From: Longimicrobiales bacterium
GTDB lineage: Bacteria; Gemmatimonadota; Gemmatimonadetes; Longimicrobiales; Gaopeijiaceae
DNA length: 64,000 nucleotides
Assembly (NCBI GenBank): GCA_965116905.1
Contig: OZ220732.1
Location: 320,001 to 384,000 of the forward strand
Direction: 5' to 3'
Shown: positions 55,637-64,000 of the stretch, in pieces
Layout of the letters: each line of letters begins with the position of its first letter
How positions within the stretch are numbered: the stretch's first letter is position 1
Notes under the pieces: model-generated
The model's database searches: none
The model's input: only the letters and a program-made list of their open reading frames with translations
Told to the model about the DNA's origin: nothing
Translations under genes and position numbers: made by a program

Positions 55637-58117
55637 TCAACTGACCGGCCTATCCCGCTTCTTCAGCACGAACAGCCCCTCCTGGAGGCTCGTTACGATC
55701 ACTGTTCCGCTCTCGAAGAACGGGTACGTGCTCCATGCCCCGCTGAACCCGGGGCCCTCGTGGTGCGGCGAGGTGTCGAAGTAGCCGACCTCGCGGGGGT
55801 TCACCGGGTCGGAGATGTCGAGCACGTGCAGCCCGTAGCGGTAGTTGGCCTGATAGGCGTAGCCGTCCTTCAGGTAGAGGTTGTGGGCGCTGGCGGGCAT
55901 CGACCCCATGAACTCGCGGATGAGGATGGGCTCCTCCAGGTCGGTGAGGTCCCAGATCAGGGTGCGCGTGGTTTCCACGGCGCCACGGATCACGTCGCTC
56001 TCGTCGTCCTGGTAGAAGTAACGGTGGTCGGGGGTCAGCCAGCCCTGGTGGATGTAAGCGGCATTGGGGGACGAGGCGCGGGCGACCGCGACCGGGTTGT
56101 CCTTGTCGGTCACGTCCGAGATCTCGAAGAACGCGCCGTTCGAGTTGAGGCAGAGTTCATGGCCCCGGTAGCGCCCGTCGGGGCCGTCGTAGGTGACGCA
56201 CTGGGAGTCGTGGGTGCCGCGCTCGTGGGTGGCGCACCCGACGAACACCGGATTCTTCGGGTCGCGGATGTCCATCATGTGGAGGCCGCCGCCGCAGGAC
56301 TCGCCGCCGCCGCGGTTGCCGACGGCGTACGCAAAGCCGCTCTCCTCGTTGATGACGATGTTGTGGGAGCTCGCGATGCCGCGGTAATGCGTGTCGGGCT
56401 CGAAGAGCGCGGGCATGTCGGCGGCGGCGACGTCGCGCAGACGGGTGAGATCGAAGACCTGCATGCCGTGCTCGCCGGCACCGTCCGCAACGATGTAGGC
56501 GTGGTCCCTGTAGGTCTTGATGTCGCGCCACAGCTGTGACGGCGGGGTCCCCCACGGCTTGGGCAGGTCGCCCACCAGCACCGGGTTGGAGGGGTCGGTG
56601 ATGTCGATGAAGGAGGTGCCGTCGTTGCGTCCCACCAGAGCATATTCCTGGCCGGTGACGGGATCGGTCCAGCCCCAGTTGTCGTTGGTGCGCACGCCGC
56701 GGGCGCGAACGCCGGCGCGCAGGATCGAGTTGGGGATGAAGGACAGCAGCTCGACCTCGCCGCAGTCGAAGGGGCCGACCGCGCCGTCATTGCAGCGCCG
56801 TTCCTCGCCGAGAAGCGCGCCGAGCGCGTCGGGGGCGCTGACGAGCATGCCGGCGTCGTGCCAGCCGGGCTCGTCGCCGCGTTCGTAGAGGTGGACCGAC
56901 CCGGACTGGTGATGCATGCCGGGCGCGCCGATCGCGACAACGTCGGCGGTTGCGACGATCAGGCCCCCGAAGCGGTCCTGCTCCACGGTCTCGGCCTGCG
57001 CGAGCTGGATGCGGTGGGGTGCGGCGGCAAACGCGCCGGGCGTGTCGGTGGCGCCGGTGTACACGTAGACCGAACCGGTCTCGTAGCCGCGCAGGGTGGG
57101 AGCCCCGACCCAGATGTCGCCACCGGCGAAGGCCAGCGCGGCGCCGAAGCGGTCGCCGCTCTCACCGTTCGGGAGTGCCAGCGTATTCACCTCGGGAACC
57201 CACCGCGCGAGGTCGTCGCTCCAGGAATGGGTGAAGACGGCGCCACGGCTATCGTCGGTACCGGGTGCGCCGACCAGGACCCTTCCCTCGGCGGCCGCGA
57301 GGGCCGACCCGAAGTTGGCGTTCGCCTCGGGAGCCGCGTCGAGGGCGCCGACCTCCTCCCAACCTCCCTTCACCACCCGGAAATGATAGACGCGGCCTGC
57401 GTTTTCGAGGCCTCGAAGGTCGCTCGTCGGGGCGGTCCACCGGGGTGCGCCGATTAACACCCCGTGGGGCGTGAGGAGAATCGCGGTGCCGAATCCGTCC
57501 CCGGGCATGCCGTCGGCGGGCTGCAGGGTGGCGTGCTGGATCCACCGGCCGGAAGCGCTGCGCTGGTAGGCATGGACCGCGCCAGGGACCTGAAGCGCCT
57601 CGGTTTCGTTGCGCTGTCGCGCCTGGGGGTCCGGGGCCGCGCCCGGAGCGCCCACGAGCAGCCAGTCGTCCGCTGACGCCAGTACCAGGCCGAAGTCGGT
57701 CCCACAATAGCCGTATTGGCCGCAACCAGGGTCGAGGCCGGCGACCCCGTCGCCTTCGACCGCGCCCGTGGACTGCCAGGGCCCGCCGTCCGCGGAACGC
57801 TCGAAGACGTGCAGAGGGCCGTTGCGCTGTCCGATGAACAGGGTGTTGCCGTTCTTCGCCAGCACGGTTCCGAAGCCGTCGGCACGCTCGGAGTCCGGGG
57901 CGCGCAGAAGGGCGGATTCCCGCCACTCGCCGTCCGACTGCTCGTAGACATGGACGGCGCCGGAGCGGAAGTTGGGGTTGGGCTCGGCGATGAAGATCTC
58001 GCCGCCGTCGATCACGACCGAGTTGCCGAAGGACGGGGATTGGGCCGCGAGGGACGAAGCGGACGGGGCCAGGATGGCGAGGAACGCGAGCAGGTTCCTG
58101 GTCGACTTGCGGATCAT
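55637..58117 (-). CDS. Choice-of-anchor B family protein, paralog 2
   Basis: RBS aaggag; signal ending LAAQS; colinear and highly similar to 52020-54530. Confidence 0.85.
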   Translation of the reverse strand: MIRKSTRNLLAFLAILAPSASSLAAQSPSFGNSVVIDGGEIFIAEPNPNFRSGAVHVYEQSDGEWRESALLRAPDSERADGFGTVLAKNGNTLFIGQRNGPLHVFERSADGGPWQSTGAVEGDGVAGLDPGCGQYGYCGTDFGLVLASADDWLLVGAPGAAPDPQARQRNETEALQVPGAVHAYQRSASGRWIQHATLQPADGMPGDGFGTAILLTPHGVLIGAPRWTAPTSDLRGLENAGRVYHFRVVKGGWEEVGALDAAPEANANFGSALAAAEGRVLVGAPGTDDSRGAVFTHSWSDDLARWVPEVNTLALPNGESGDRFGAALAFAGGDIWVGAPTLRGYETGSVYVYTGATDTPGAFAAAPHRIQLAQAETVEQDRFGGLIVATADVVAIGAPGMHHQSGSVHLYERGDEPGWHDAGMLVSAPDALGALLGEERRCNDGAVGPFDCGEVELLSFIPNSILRAGVRARGVRTNDNWGWTDPVTGQEYALVGRNDGTSFIDITDPSNPVLVGDLPKPWGTPPSQLWRDIKTYRDHAYIVADGAGEHGMQVFDLTRLRDVAAADMPALFEPDTHYRGIASSHNIVINEESGFAYAVGNRGGGESCGGGLHMMDIRDPKNPVFVGCATHERGTHDSQCVTYDGPDGRYRGHELCLNSNGAFFEISDVTDKDNPVAVARASSPNAAYIHQGWLTPDHRYFYQDDESDVIRGAVETTRTLIWDLTDLEEPILIREFMGSMPASAHNLYLKDGYAYQANYRYGLHVLDISDPVNPREVGYFDTSPHHEGPGFSGAWSTYPFFESGTVIVTSLQEGLFVLKKRDRPVS

Positions 58118-58144
58118 GGTGTTCTCCTTTGGGTCCACGGGCCG

Positions 58145-61100
58145 CTAACGGTTCACCGGCCGCGGGCCCGACCTCCAGACCCCTTCGTGGATCCACGGGC
58201 GCGCGCCGTAGGGCCGCTCGTTGGGCCAGAGTTCGTCGAGGGTCATTCCGTCGTAGACGATGCCGCCCTTCATGACGAGCATGATGTCGGTGGTGTTGCG
58301 GATGTCGTCGAGGGGGTTGGCGTTGAGGATCATCAGGTCGGCGAGCTTGCCGGGGGTCAGCGTGCCCAGGTCTTCCGAGGCACCGAGGAAGTAGGCTCCT
58401 TCGACGCTGGCCAGTTCCAGCGCGGCCATCGGCCCCATGGCGGATTCGGCGATCCACACCTCCCAGTGGGACGCAAGGCCATGCTGCTGACCGTGCGCGC
58501 CAATGGCTCCATGGGCACCTTCGGCCATCCAGTCCACCAGCACCTGGGCCAGCATCGGGTAGCTGTAGTCGGTGAAGGGACGTTTGAAAGCCCGGCGGGA
58601 ATGCGGTACGAGCTGCTTCCACGGCATCCACAGGCGGAGCTTCTCGTCGCGCCAGACCTCGGTCTCCTGGAAGAACCACTCGTCATTCCACGGCCCCGGG
58701 CCGCCAACCACGAAGGTCGGCGAGTAGACGGTTTCGGCGCGCCCGAAGAAGCGGGCCGCGTCCGAGTACATCGGCACGTAGCTGATCGGGTGCTCCCACG
58801 CGGTCTGGCCGTCCATGATCATGCCCATGTTGAACGCCAGGTCGCTGCCCTCGGACGTGACCATGAGGCCCCGCTTGCGCGCAATGTCGGACACCCACTG
58901 GCGCTGGTCGCGGCGCGGCTGCAGGTACTGCTTGAGCGACACCGCGCCCCACGATTGCAGACGCGCGATGTTGTCCTCGGCGACCTCGTAGCTGGTCAGT
59001 TCGTTCTGGCGGACGGCGTCGCCCCGGTAGAGCGGGTCGCCCGTGGTGTAGGTGCGCGGACCGACCAGGACCCCGGCCTCGATCATCTGCGCGGCGGGAA
59101 AGACGTCCTGCGACCACTGCGAGTTGTCGAGGTTGCTGGTGACGCCGTAGGCCAGCGCGACCGCCATTTCGAAGGCATTGGGCGGGATGATGCCCCGGTA
59201 CTCGCGGAAGAAGTGCGAATGCATGTCGATGAAGCCGGGGATCACGGTCTTGCCGGTGCCGTCGATGGTGTGACCGGCTCCGGTCGCGTCACATTCGGCC
59301 ATTGCCCCGACGCAGGTGATTCTGCCATCCGTGGCGATGAGCGTGCCGTTCTCGATGACCTGCCGGTTCTCGAGGGTGATGATGCGGGCGCCGGTGATGG
59401 CGACCGTGCCCATGCCGAGCGAGCCCCGGGGGACTTCGAGCGCAATCCGGAAGGTGTCGGTGGTTTCGGCCGCGACATCGTGCGTGTAGTAGCTCGCCGC
59501 GCTCCCGAACTCGACCGTGTTGGCGTCGCGCCAGCCGGGGAAGATGCCGCCCCGGCGGCTCAGCTGCCGCACGGGGAGCCTGCCGCCCTTCTTGGCGACC
59601 GCCACCGCGCCGCCGATCCCCGCCGCCCCGCTCGGCACCGGGACCAGGTACGTGTTGTCGCCCTCGTTGAAGGCGGCGTGGCGGCCGTCGGGGGAAATCA
59701 TGACCTCGTCCGCCCAGGGGAGGACGAGGTGGACGCGCGGGTCCGTGCCGTCGCGGGCGACCGAACGCAGCCGCGTGGAGTCGCCCATCGTGCGGTAGAA
59801 GATGCGGCCGTCCGGGCCGAAGGCGCCCCGCACGAACTGGGTGCGGGTGGGCAGCGTGTTGCCCGGGACGCGGACGACGTGCTGGCCGGCGGACCCCATG
59901 CCCGCCTCGTCGCCGGTCTCGGCGCCGCCCCCGGGACCGGTCGCCGGGAAGAGCACCAGGTCGTACCACGGGTTGTGCGCCACCGAGCGGTACCGGACCG
60001 TGGCGCCCGACCCCCGCGTCGCCAGGATCTCCGTGCCGTCCGGGCTCCACTGGGTGTGGGCGTACTCGCCGGGCTCGGCGCTGACCTGCCGGGCGCTGCC
60101 GCCGTCGGCGCTGATGGTCATCACATGGCCGGTCGCGTTCTCGTCGACGGTCGTGTAGGCGATCGAGCGGCTGTCCGGCGACCAGGAGGGCGAGTACTCG
60201 AAGCGCTTTTCGGCGTCGGAGGTGAGGCGGCGCGGGGTCCCGTCGGGCAGGTCCATGACCCAGACGCGGCCAGCGGCGGCAAAGGCGAGCCGCTCACCGT
60301 CGGGAGAGCCCGTCGCCCAGCGTGTGAAGTTGATGGGAACAGGACCGTCGTCGATGCGGAAGGGCTCGTACGCCTGCTCCGAGATCACTCTGTGGACCCG
60401 CGCGGTGAAGGGGACGGTGGAGACCTCGCCGCTGGCCACATCCAGTCGCCGCAGCTTGCCTCCCTGCGCGATCACGATGGACGCCCCGTCGGGCGCCCAC
60501 GCGTAGCCGGGCAGCATGCGGATCGTCTTCATCCCCTCGGTCATGTCCTGCGCGATCGGGTCCATGACGATCCGCTCGGCACCCGTTTCCAGGTCGCGGA
60601 CCCAGAGCGCGGTGCTGGGACCGAACTCATGGCCCTTCCACTCGATCGTGGCATCGGGAAGCCGGCGCGCGAAGGCGACGTGGCGGCCGTCCGGCGAGAT
60701 CTCGCCCGCGAAGCCGCCGCCGCCCGACAGCCTGTACTGACGTGACGGAACCCCGCTGGTGACCTTGACCACCTCGCCCGTCTTCAGGTCCATGCGGCGC
60801 AGGTTCATGGTGCCCTGCAGCGCGTCGCGCACGAGCCGGTCGTCCAGCAGGGCGCCGTCGATGTTGTCCAGCGCCCACGGCACGGTCTGCCCCGGTGTGC
60901 GCACGTGGTAGAAGAGGTACCGCCCGTCCTCGGACACCGACGGCCACGACGCCGAGCCGTCGTCGCCGGACACGACCTCGACGCCCGTGCCGCCGTCCTG
61001 GTGGTACATCCAGATCCCGCCGCCCTGCGCCACCAGGATGTACTCGCCGTCGGCCGTCCATTCGGGCATGGTCACGCGTATGTCCATGCTGGACTGCACC

Positions 61101-61537
61101 TGGCGGGGGTTCGAGCCGTCCGCGTCCATCACCCAGAGGTTGCTCTGGCCCCCCCGGTCCGACACGAACGCGATGCGCGTGCCGTCGGGGGAGTAGCTGG
61201 GATGGTAGTTGACCGCGACGCCGCTCTCCTGCGTGAGGCTTTCCGCCTGCCCGCCCTCCGCGGGGACCCGGTAGACGTGCGCGAGGAGGTCGAAGACGAT
61301 CCACCGTCCGTCGGACGAGATGTCCACCGACATCCAGGTCCCCTCGTCGGTCTCGAAGTCGATTTCGCGGGTGTCGCCCCGTGCCAGCGTGACGTCCCAG
61401 TCGGCGGCGTCGGAGCCGTCCGTGCGGTCCGCGTCCTGCGCGAGGGCGGGGGCGGGGGCGGAGAGGGTGGCGGCGGTCGCCGCGAGGGCGAGGGCGAGAG
61501 CGACCGTGGGGGAGACGCTGGCGGCGACGCGGGACAT
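58145..61537 (-). CDS. Secreted PD40 repeat + amidohydrolase protein (second member)
   Basis: RBS ggagg; signal ending ALAQD; EGTWMSVDIS, SPDG blades, PGFIDMHSH, GAHGQQHG, GKLADLMILNANPL. Confidence 0.9.
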   Translation of the reverse strand: MSRVAASVSPTVALALALAATAATLSAPAPALAQDADRTDGSDAADWDVTLARGDTREIDFETDEGTWMSVDISSDGRWIVFDLLAHVYRVPAEGGQAESLTQESGVAVNYHPSYSPDGTRIAFVSDRGGQSNLWVMDADGSNPRQVQSSMDIRVTMPEWTADGEYILVAQGGGIWMYHQDGGTGVEVVSGDDGSASWPSVSEDGRYLFYHVRTPGQTVPWALDNIDGALLDDRLVRDALQGTMNLRRMDLKTGEVVKVTSGVPSRQYRLSGGGGFAGEISPDGRHVAFARRLPDATIEWKGHEFGPSTALWVRDLETGAERIVMDPIAQDMTEGMKTIRMLPGYAWAPDGASIVIAQGGKLRRLDVASGEVSTVPFTARVHRVISEQAYEPFRIDDGPVPINFTRWATGSPDGERLAFAAAGRVWVMDLPDGTPRRLTSDAEKRFEYSPSWSPDSRSIAYTTVDENATGHVMTISADGGSARQVSAEPGEYAHTQWSPDGTEILATRGSGATVRYRSVAHNPWYDLVLFPATGPGGGAETGDEAGMGSAGQHVVRVPGNTLPTRTQFVRGAFGPDGRIFYRTMGDSTRLRSVARDGTDPRVHLVLPWADEVMISPDGRHAAFNEGDNTYLVPVPSGAAGIGGAVAVAKKGGRLPVRQLSRRGGIFPGWRDANTVEFGSAASYYTHDVAAETTDTFRIALEVPRGSLGMGTVAITGARIITLENRQVIENGTLIATDGRITCVGAMAECDATGAGHTIDGTGKTVIPGFIDMHSHFFREYRGIIPPNAFEMAVALAYGVTSNLDNSQWSQDVFPAAQMIEAGVLVGPRTYTTGDPLYRGDAVRQNELTSYEVAEDNIARLQSWGAVSLKQYLQPRRDQRQWVSDIARKRGLMVTSEGSDLAFNMGMIMDGQTAWEHPISYVPMYSDAARFFGRAETVYSPTFVVGGPGPWNDEWFFQETEVWRDEKLRLWMPWKQLVPHSRRAFKRPFTDYSYPMLAQVLVDWMAEGAHGAIGAHGQQHGLASHWEVWIAESAMGPMAALELASVEGAYFLGASEDLGTLTPGKLADLMILNANPLDDIRNTTDIMLVMKGGIVYDGMTLDELWPNERPYGARPWIHEGVWRSGPRPVNR

Positions 61538-61661
61538 GGGTGCCTCCGAGGCTGGAGCGGAGCGGTGGGACACCCGGTCAGAATAGGGGGCAGTGGCGCG
61601 GCGGGCCACTGGACACACGCTCAAGAGACGGCTCAAGAGGCGGCACGAGGGACGGGCCAAC

Positions 61662-61710
61662 GGGGAGCGCCAGAACACCGAGGGGAGCGCCAGAACACCG
61701 AGAGCGCCAG
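61662..61710. repeat. 20-bp tandem repeat (two copies plus a partial) just downstream of tRNA-Asn
   Basis: ggggagcgccagaacaccga x2 followed by gagcgccag. Confidence 0.8.
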
Positions 61711-61715
61711 GGAAA

Positions 61716-61788
61716 CTCCCGCGGCAGGACTCGAACCTGCGACCCGACGGTTAACAGCCGTCTGCTCTACCAGCTGAGCTACGCGGGA
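61716..61788 (-). tRNA. tRNA-Asn (GTT), CCA not encoded
   Basis: TCCCGCG-TAGCTCAGCTGGTAGAGCA-GACGG-CTGTTAA-CCGTC-GGGTC-GCAGG-TTCGAGT-CCTGC-CGCGGGA-G; 73-nt cloverleaf. Confidence 0.97.
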
Positions 61789-61868
61789 AAAACGATGAGG
61801 CCACGCAAGATCGCCCGAGCGGGGTCCCCGAGTCAACCACGATTCCGGCCAGCCACAACTCGGGCCGG

Positions 61869-62909
61869 CTACACGTTGAAGCGGACGTGCAACAGGTCTC
61901 CGTCGGCGACGACGTAGTCCTTGCCCTCTACGCGCATCAGCCCGGCCTCCTTCACGGCCTGTTCGGACCCGTGCTGCGCGAAGACCTCGTAAGGGATGAC
62001 CTCGGCACGGATGAAGCCTCGCTCCATGTCGCTGTGGACCCGCCCGGCGGCCTTGCGCGCGACCGTGCCCCGGCGGACCGTCCACGCCCTCACTTCGTCC
62101 TTGCCGATGGTGAAAAAGGACACCAGGTCCATCATGGCGTAGGCCGCGCGGATGAAACGCGCCAGCGCCGGCTCGGACAGTCCCATGTCTTCCAGGAACT
62201 CCGCCTGGTCTTCCGCGTCGAGGGCGGCGATCTCCGCTTCGACACCGGCCGACAGGACCATCGCCGCACCCCCCATTCCGTTTGCCTCCGCGGCAAGGGC
62301 GGGGGCGACCGCTTCCCCCGCCTGCTCCTCTTCGACGTTTACGGCCACCAGCAACGGCAGATCGGTCAACAGTCCATAGCCCTTCAGGAAACCCCGGTGC
62401 AACTCGGCCTCCGAGAGCAGACGGAGGGCCTGACCGCTCTCCAGGGCCGTGATCATCGTCTCGAAGGCGTCGATTTCGCGAACGTCGGCCCGTTCCTTCC
62501 GCGCGCGGTCGAGACGGCGCTCCACGACCGCGAGGTCCGCGAGGACGCACTCGTCGTGGAATGCGCGAAGGTCGCCAAGCGGGTCCGGTTCCGTGTCGAG
62601 GGCGGGGTTGAGGAAGTCGCGCAACACGAGGCACAGCGCTTCCCGGTCCCTGATTTCCTGCAGACTGTTGGGCGACAGGTAGCGGGCCCCGGCGCCGTGC
62701 TCGCCCGGGACATCGCGGAGATTGATGGTCGCGTAGGTCGTCTTCTTCGGCGAGATCACGCCGGAGAGGAAATCAACGCGAGGGTCGGGCACGCGGACCG
62801 TCCCGACCCGGATCTCGCCGCCGTAGCCCACCGGCACGTCGAGGCCGGTCATGGCGTTGAAAAGCGTGGTCTTTCCGGAGCCGGCAAATCCGGCGAGTCC
62901 GAATCGCAT
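61869..62909 (-). CDS. ychF: YchF-like (OBG family, DUF933) ATPase, divergent
   Basis: GFAGSGKTTLFNAMT, VRVPDPR, SFFTIGKDEVRAW, AAGRVHSDMERGFIRAEV, EGKDYVVADGD. Confidence 0.8.
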   Translation of the reverse strand: MRFGLAGFAGSGKTTLFNAMTGLDVPVGYGGEIRVGTVRVPDPRVDFLSGVISPKKTTYATINLRDVPGEHGAGARYLSPNSLQEIRDREALCLVLRDFLNPALDTEPDPLGDLRAFHDECVLADLAVVERRLDRARKERADVREIDAFETMITALESGQALRLLSEAELHRGFLKGYGLLTDLPLLVAVNVEEEQAGEAVAPALAAEANGMGGAAMVLSAGVEAEIAALDAEDQAEFLEDMGLSEPALARFIRAAYAMMDLVSFFTIGKDEVRAWTVRRGTVARKAAGRVHSDMERGFIRAEVIPYEVFAQHGSEQAVKEAGLMRVEGKDYVVADGDLLHVRFNV

Positions 62910-63045
62910 CGGTAATCGTCCCGCCTGGCAGGGTTCGTGCGCTCGCAAGGGCTTCGTGTGCTTGCGAGGGCGCGGCGTTGCTGAAACGTTGCATCGCACG
63001 GCAGATCGTGGAACCCCGTGAAGCGCCAAACCCAGGAGCGTGCAA

Positions 63046-64000
63046 ATGACGGAAGGCCCGGTTTCGGGGCGGAGGGCGAGCACCGGCGTGTCCCGCCGTG
63101 GCTTCCTGGCGACCGGTGCCGCCGGTCTGGCGGGCGCCTCGCTCGCAGGGTGCGCCGCCGCATCCGACTCCGGCGCCTCCCGCAGGCGACCCGCGTTGAC
63201 GCGCCCCGAGGGTGTGGAGGACGACGCCTGGGCCCATATCCGCGAACACTTCATCCTCGAACCGGGCACTGCGTACATGAACAACGCCAGCCTGGGGATG
63301 CCGCCCGCATCCGTGGCGGAGGCCGTGGCCGCCGGATACGAGGCCCTGTCGCGGGAACCTCTCCGGGGCAAGAACGAACTCGGCGCGTTCATCGCGTCGA
63401 ACGTGGTGCCGCGGATGGCCACCTATCTGGGCGCGGCGGCCCACGAAATCGTGCTGACGCGCAACGCCAGCGAGGCGCTTCACATGGGGACCGTCGGCAT
63501 TCGCCTGGAGCGCGGTGACGAGGTCCTGGTCACCAGCCAGGAGCACCCCGCCGGCCGCCGGCCGTGGGACTACCGGGCCGCGCGGGACGGGATCAGGGTC
63601 AACACGGTCTTCGTTCCCAGCCCCCTCGATAGCGAGGAGGAGACGGTGGCGCTGGTTGAAGAGGCGCTTACGCCGGCCACGCGGGTCATCGCTTTCTGCC
63701 ACGTGACCCGGGGAGGCCACTTGTATCCCGTCCGGCAGCTGTGCTCGCTGGCGCGCGAGCGGGGCATCGTGAGCCACGTGGACGGGGCCCAGGCGGTCGG
63801 CATGTTCCCCGTGGACCTGCAGGCGCTCGGATGCGACACCTATTCCGCGAGCCTGCACAAGTGGCTGCTGGGACCGATGGGAACCGGGGTGTTCTACGTC
63901 CGTGCGGGCGCCCGGGACCGTGTTCAGTCGGCCTTCGCGCCCGAGGGGGACTCCCCGCCCGCCGGCGACAGCGGCATGGCCGCCTACCAGCCGCCGGGCA
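63046..64000 (+). CDS. Tat-exported class V PLP enzyme (isopenicillin-N-epimerase-like), 3'-truncated by the window and absent from the ORF track
   Basis: Translated by hand: SRRGFL Tat motif, WAHIREHF, YMNNASLG, LTRNASEA, QEHP, VDGAQAVG, SLHKWLLGPMGTG. Confidence 0.85.
   Translation, partial: MTEGPVSGRRASTGVSRRGFLATGAAGLAGASLAGCAAASDSGASRRRPALTRPEGVEDDAWAHIREHFILEPGTAYMNNASLGMPPASVAEAVAAGYEALSREPLRGKNELGAFIASNVVPRMATYLGAAAHEIVLTRNASEALHMGTVGIRLERGDEVLVTSQEHPAGRRPWDYRAARDGIRVNTVFVPSPLDSEEETVALVEEALTPATRVIAFCHVTRGGHLYPVRQLCSLARERGIVSHVDGAQAVGMFPVDLQALGCDTYSASLHKWLLGPMGTGVFYVRAGARDRVQSAFAPEGDSPPAGDSGMAAYQPPG

Noticed and set aside
61619..61710. Repeats next to tRNA-Asn as a CRISPR array or att site
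   Set aside because: The units are directly adjacent with no unique spacers, no cas or integrase gene is present, and I saw no second copy of the tRNA 3' end (search by eye only).

Overview
High-GC (about 70% by eye) bacterial DNA. The gene content (secreted PD40-amidohydrolases, LVIVD and choice-of-anchor-B proteins, 6-bladed propeller lipoproteins) suggests Gemmatimonadota; this is inference only. Left to right: a 5'-truncated DUF222/HNH gene; a TPR-peptidase/DUF4159/MoxR/DUF58/BatA-VWA/DUF4175-like operon; SRPBCC, PD40-amidohydrolase and NamZ-like genes; higBA; EEP, CRTAC1, outer-membrane barrel and GLPGLI genes; vapBC; GH109; MFS; LVIVD-DUF305-LVIVD; an OMP; D-aminoacylase; a vapC remnant joined to queG; a propeller lipoprotein; a coiled-coil repeat protein; a class V aminotransferase; an M14 peptidase; a lower-GC accessory island (about 44.75-52.0 kb); two choice-of-anchor-B paralogs around an alpha/beta hydrolase; a second PD40-amidohydrolase; tRNA-Asn; a YchF-like ATPase; and a 3'-truncated Tat class V aminotransferase. 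The best candidate for an undescribed system is the island. It holds two paralogous 75-aa secreted six-cysteine peptides (one broken by a 7-bp tandem duplication), four mosaic beta-propeller lipoproteins, a membrane-anchored CxxC thioredoxin-like protein, an AraC-type regulator and a small membrane protein, all on the minus strand. All family calls come from motif recognition by eye; no database searches were run.
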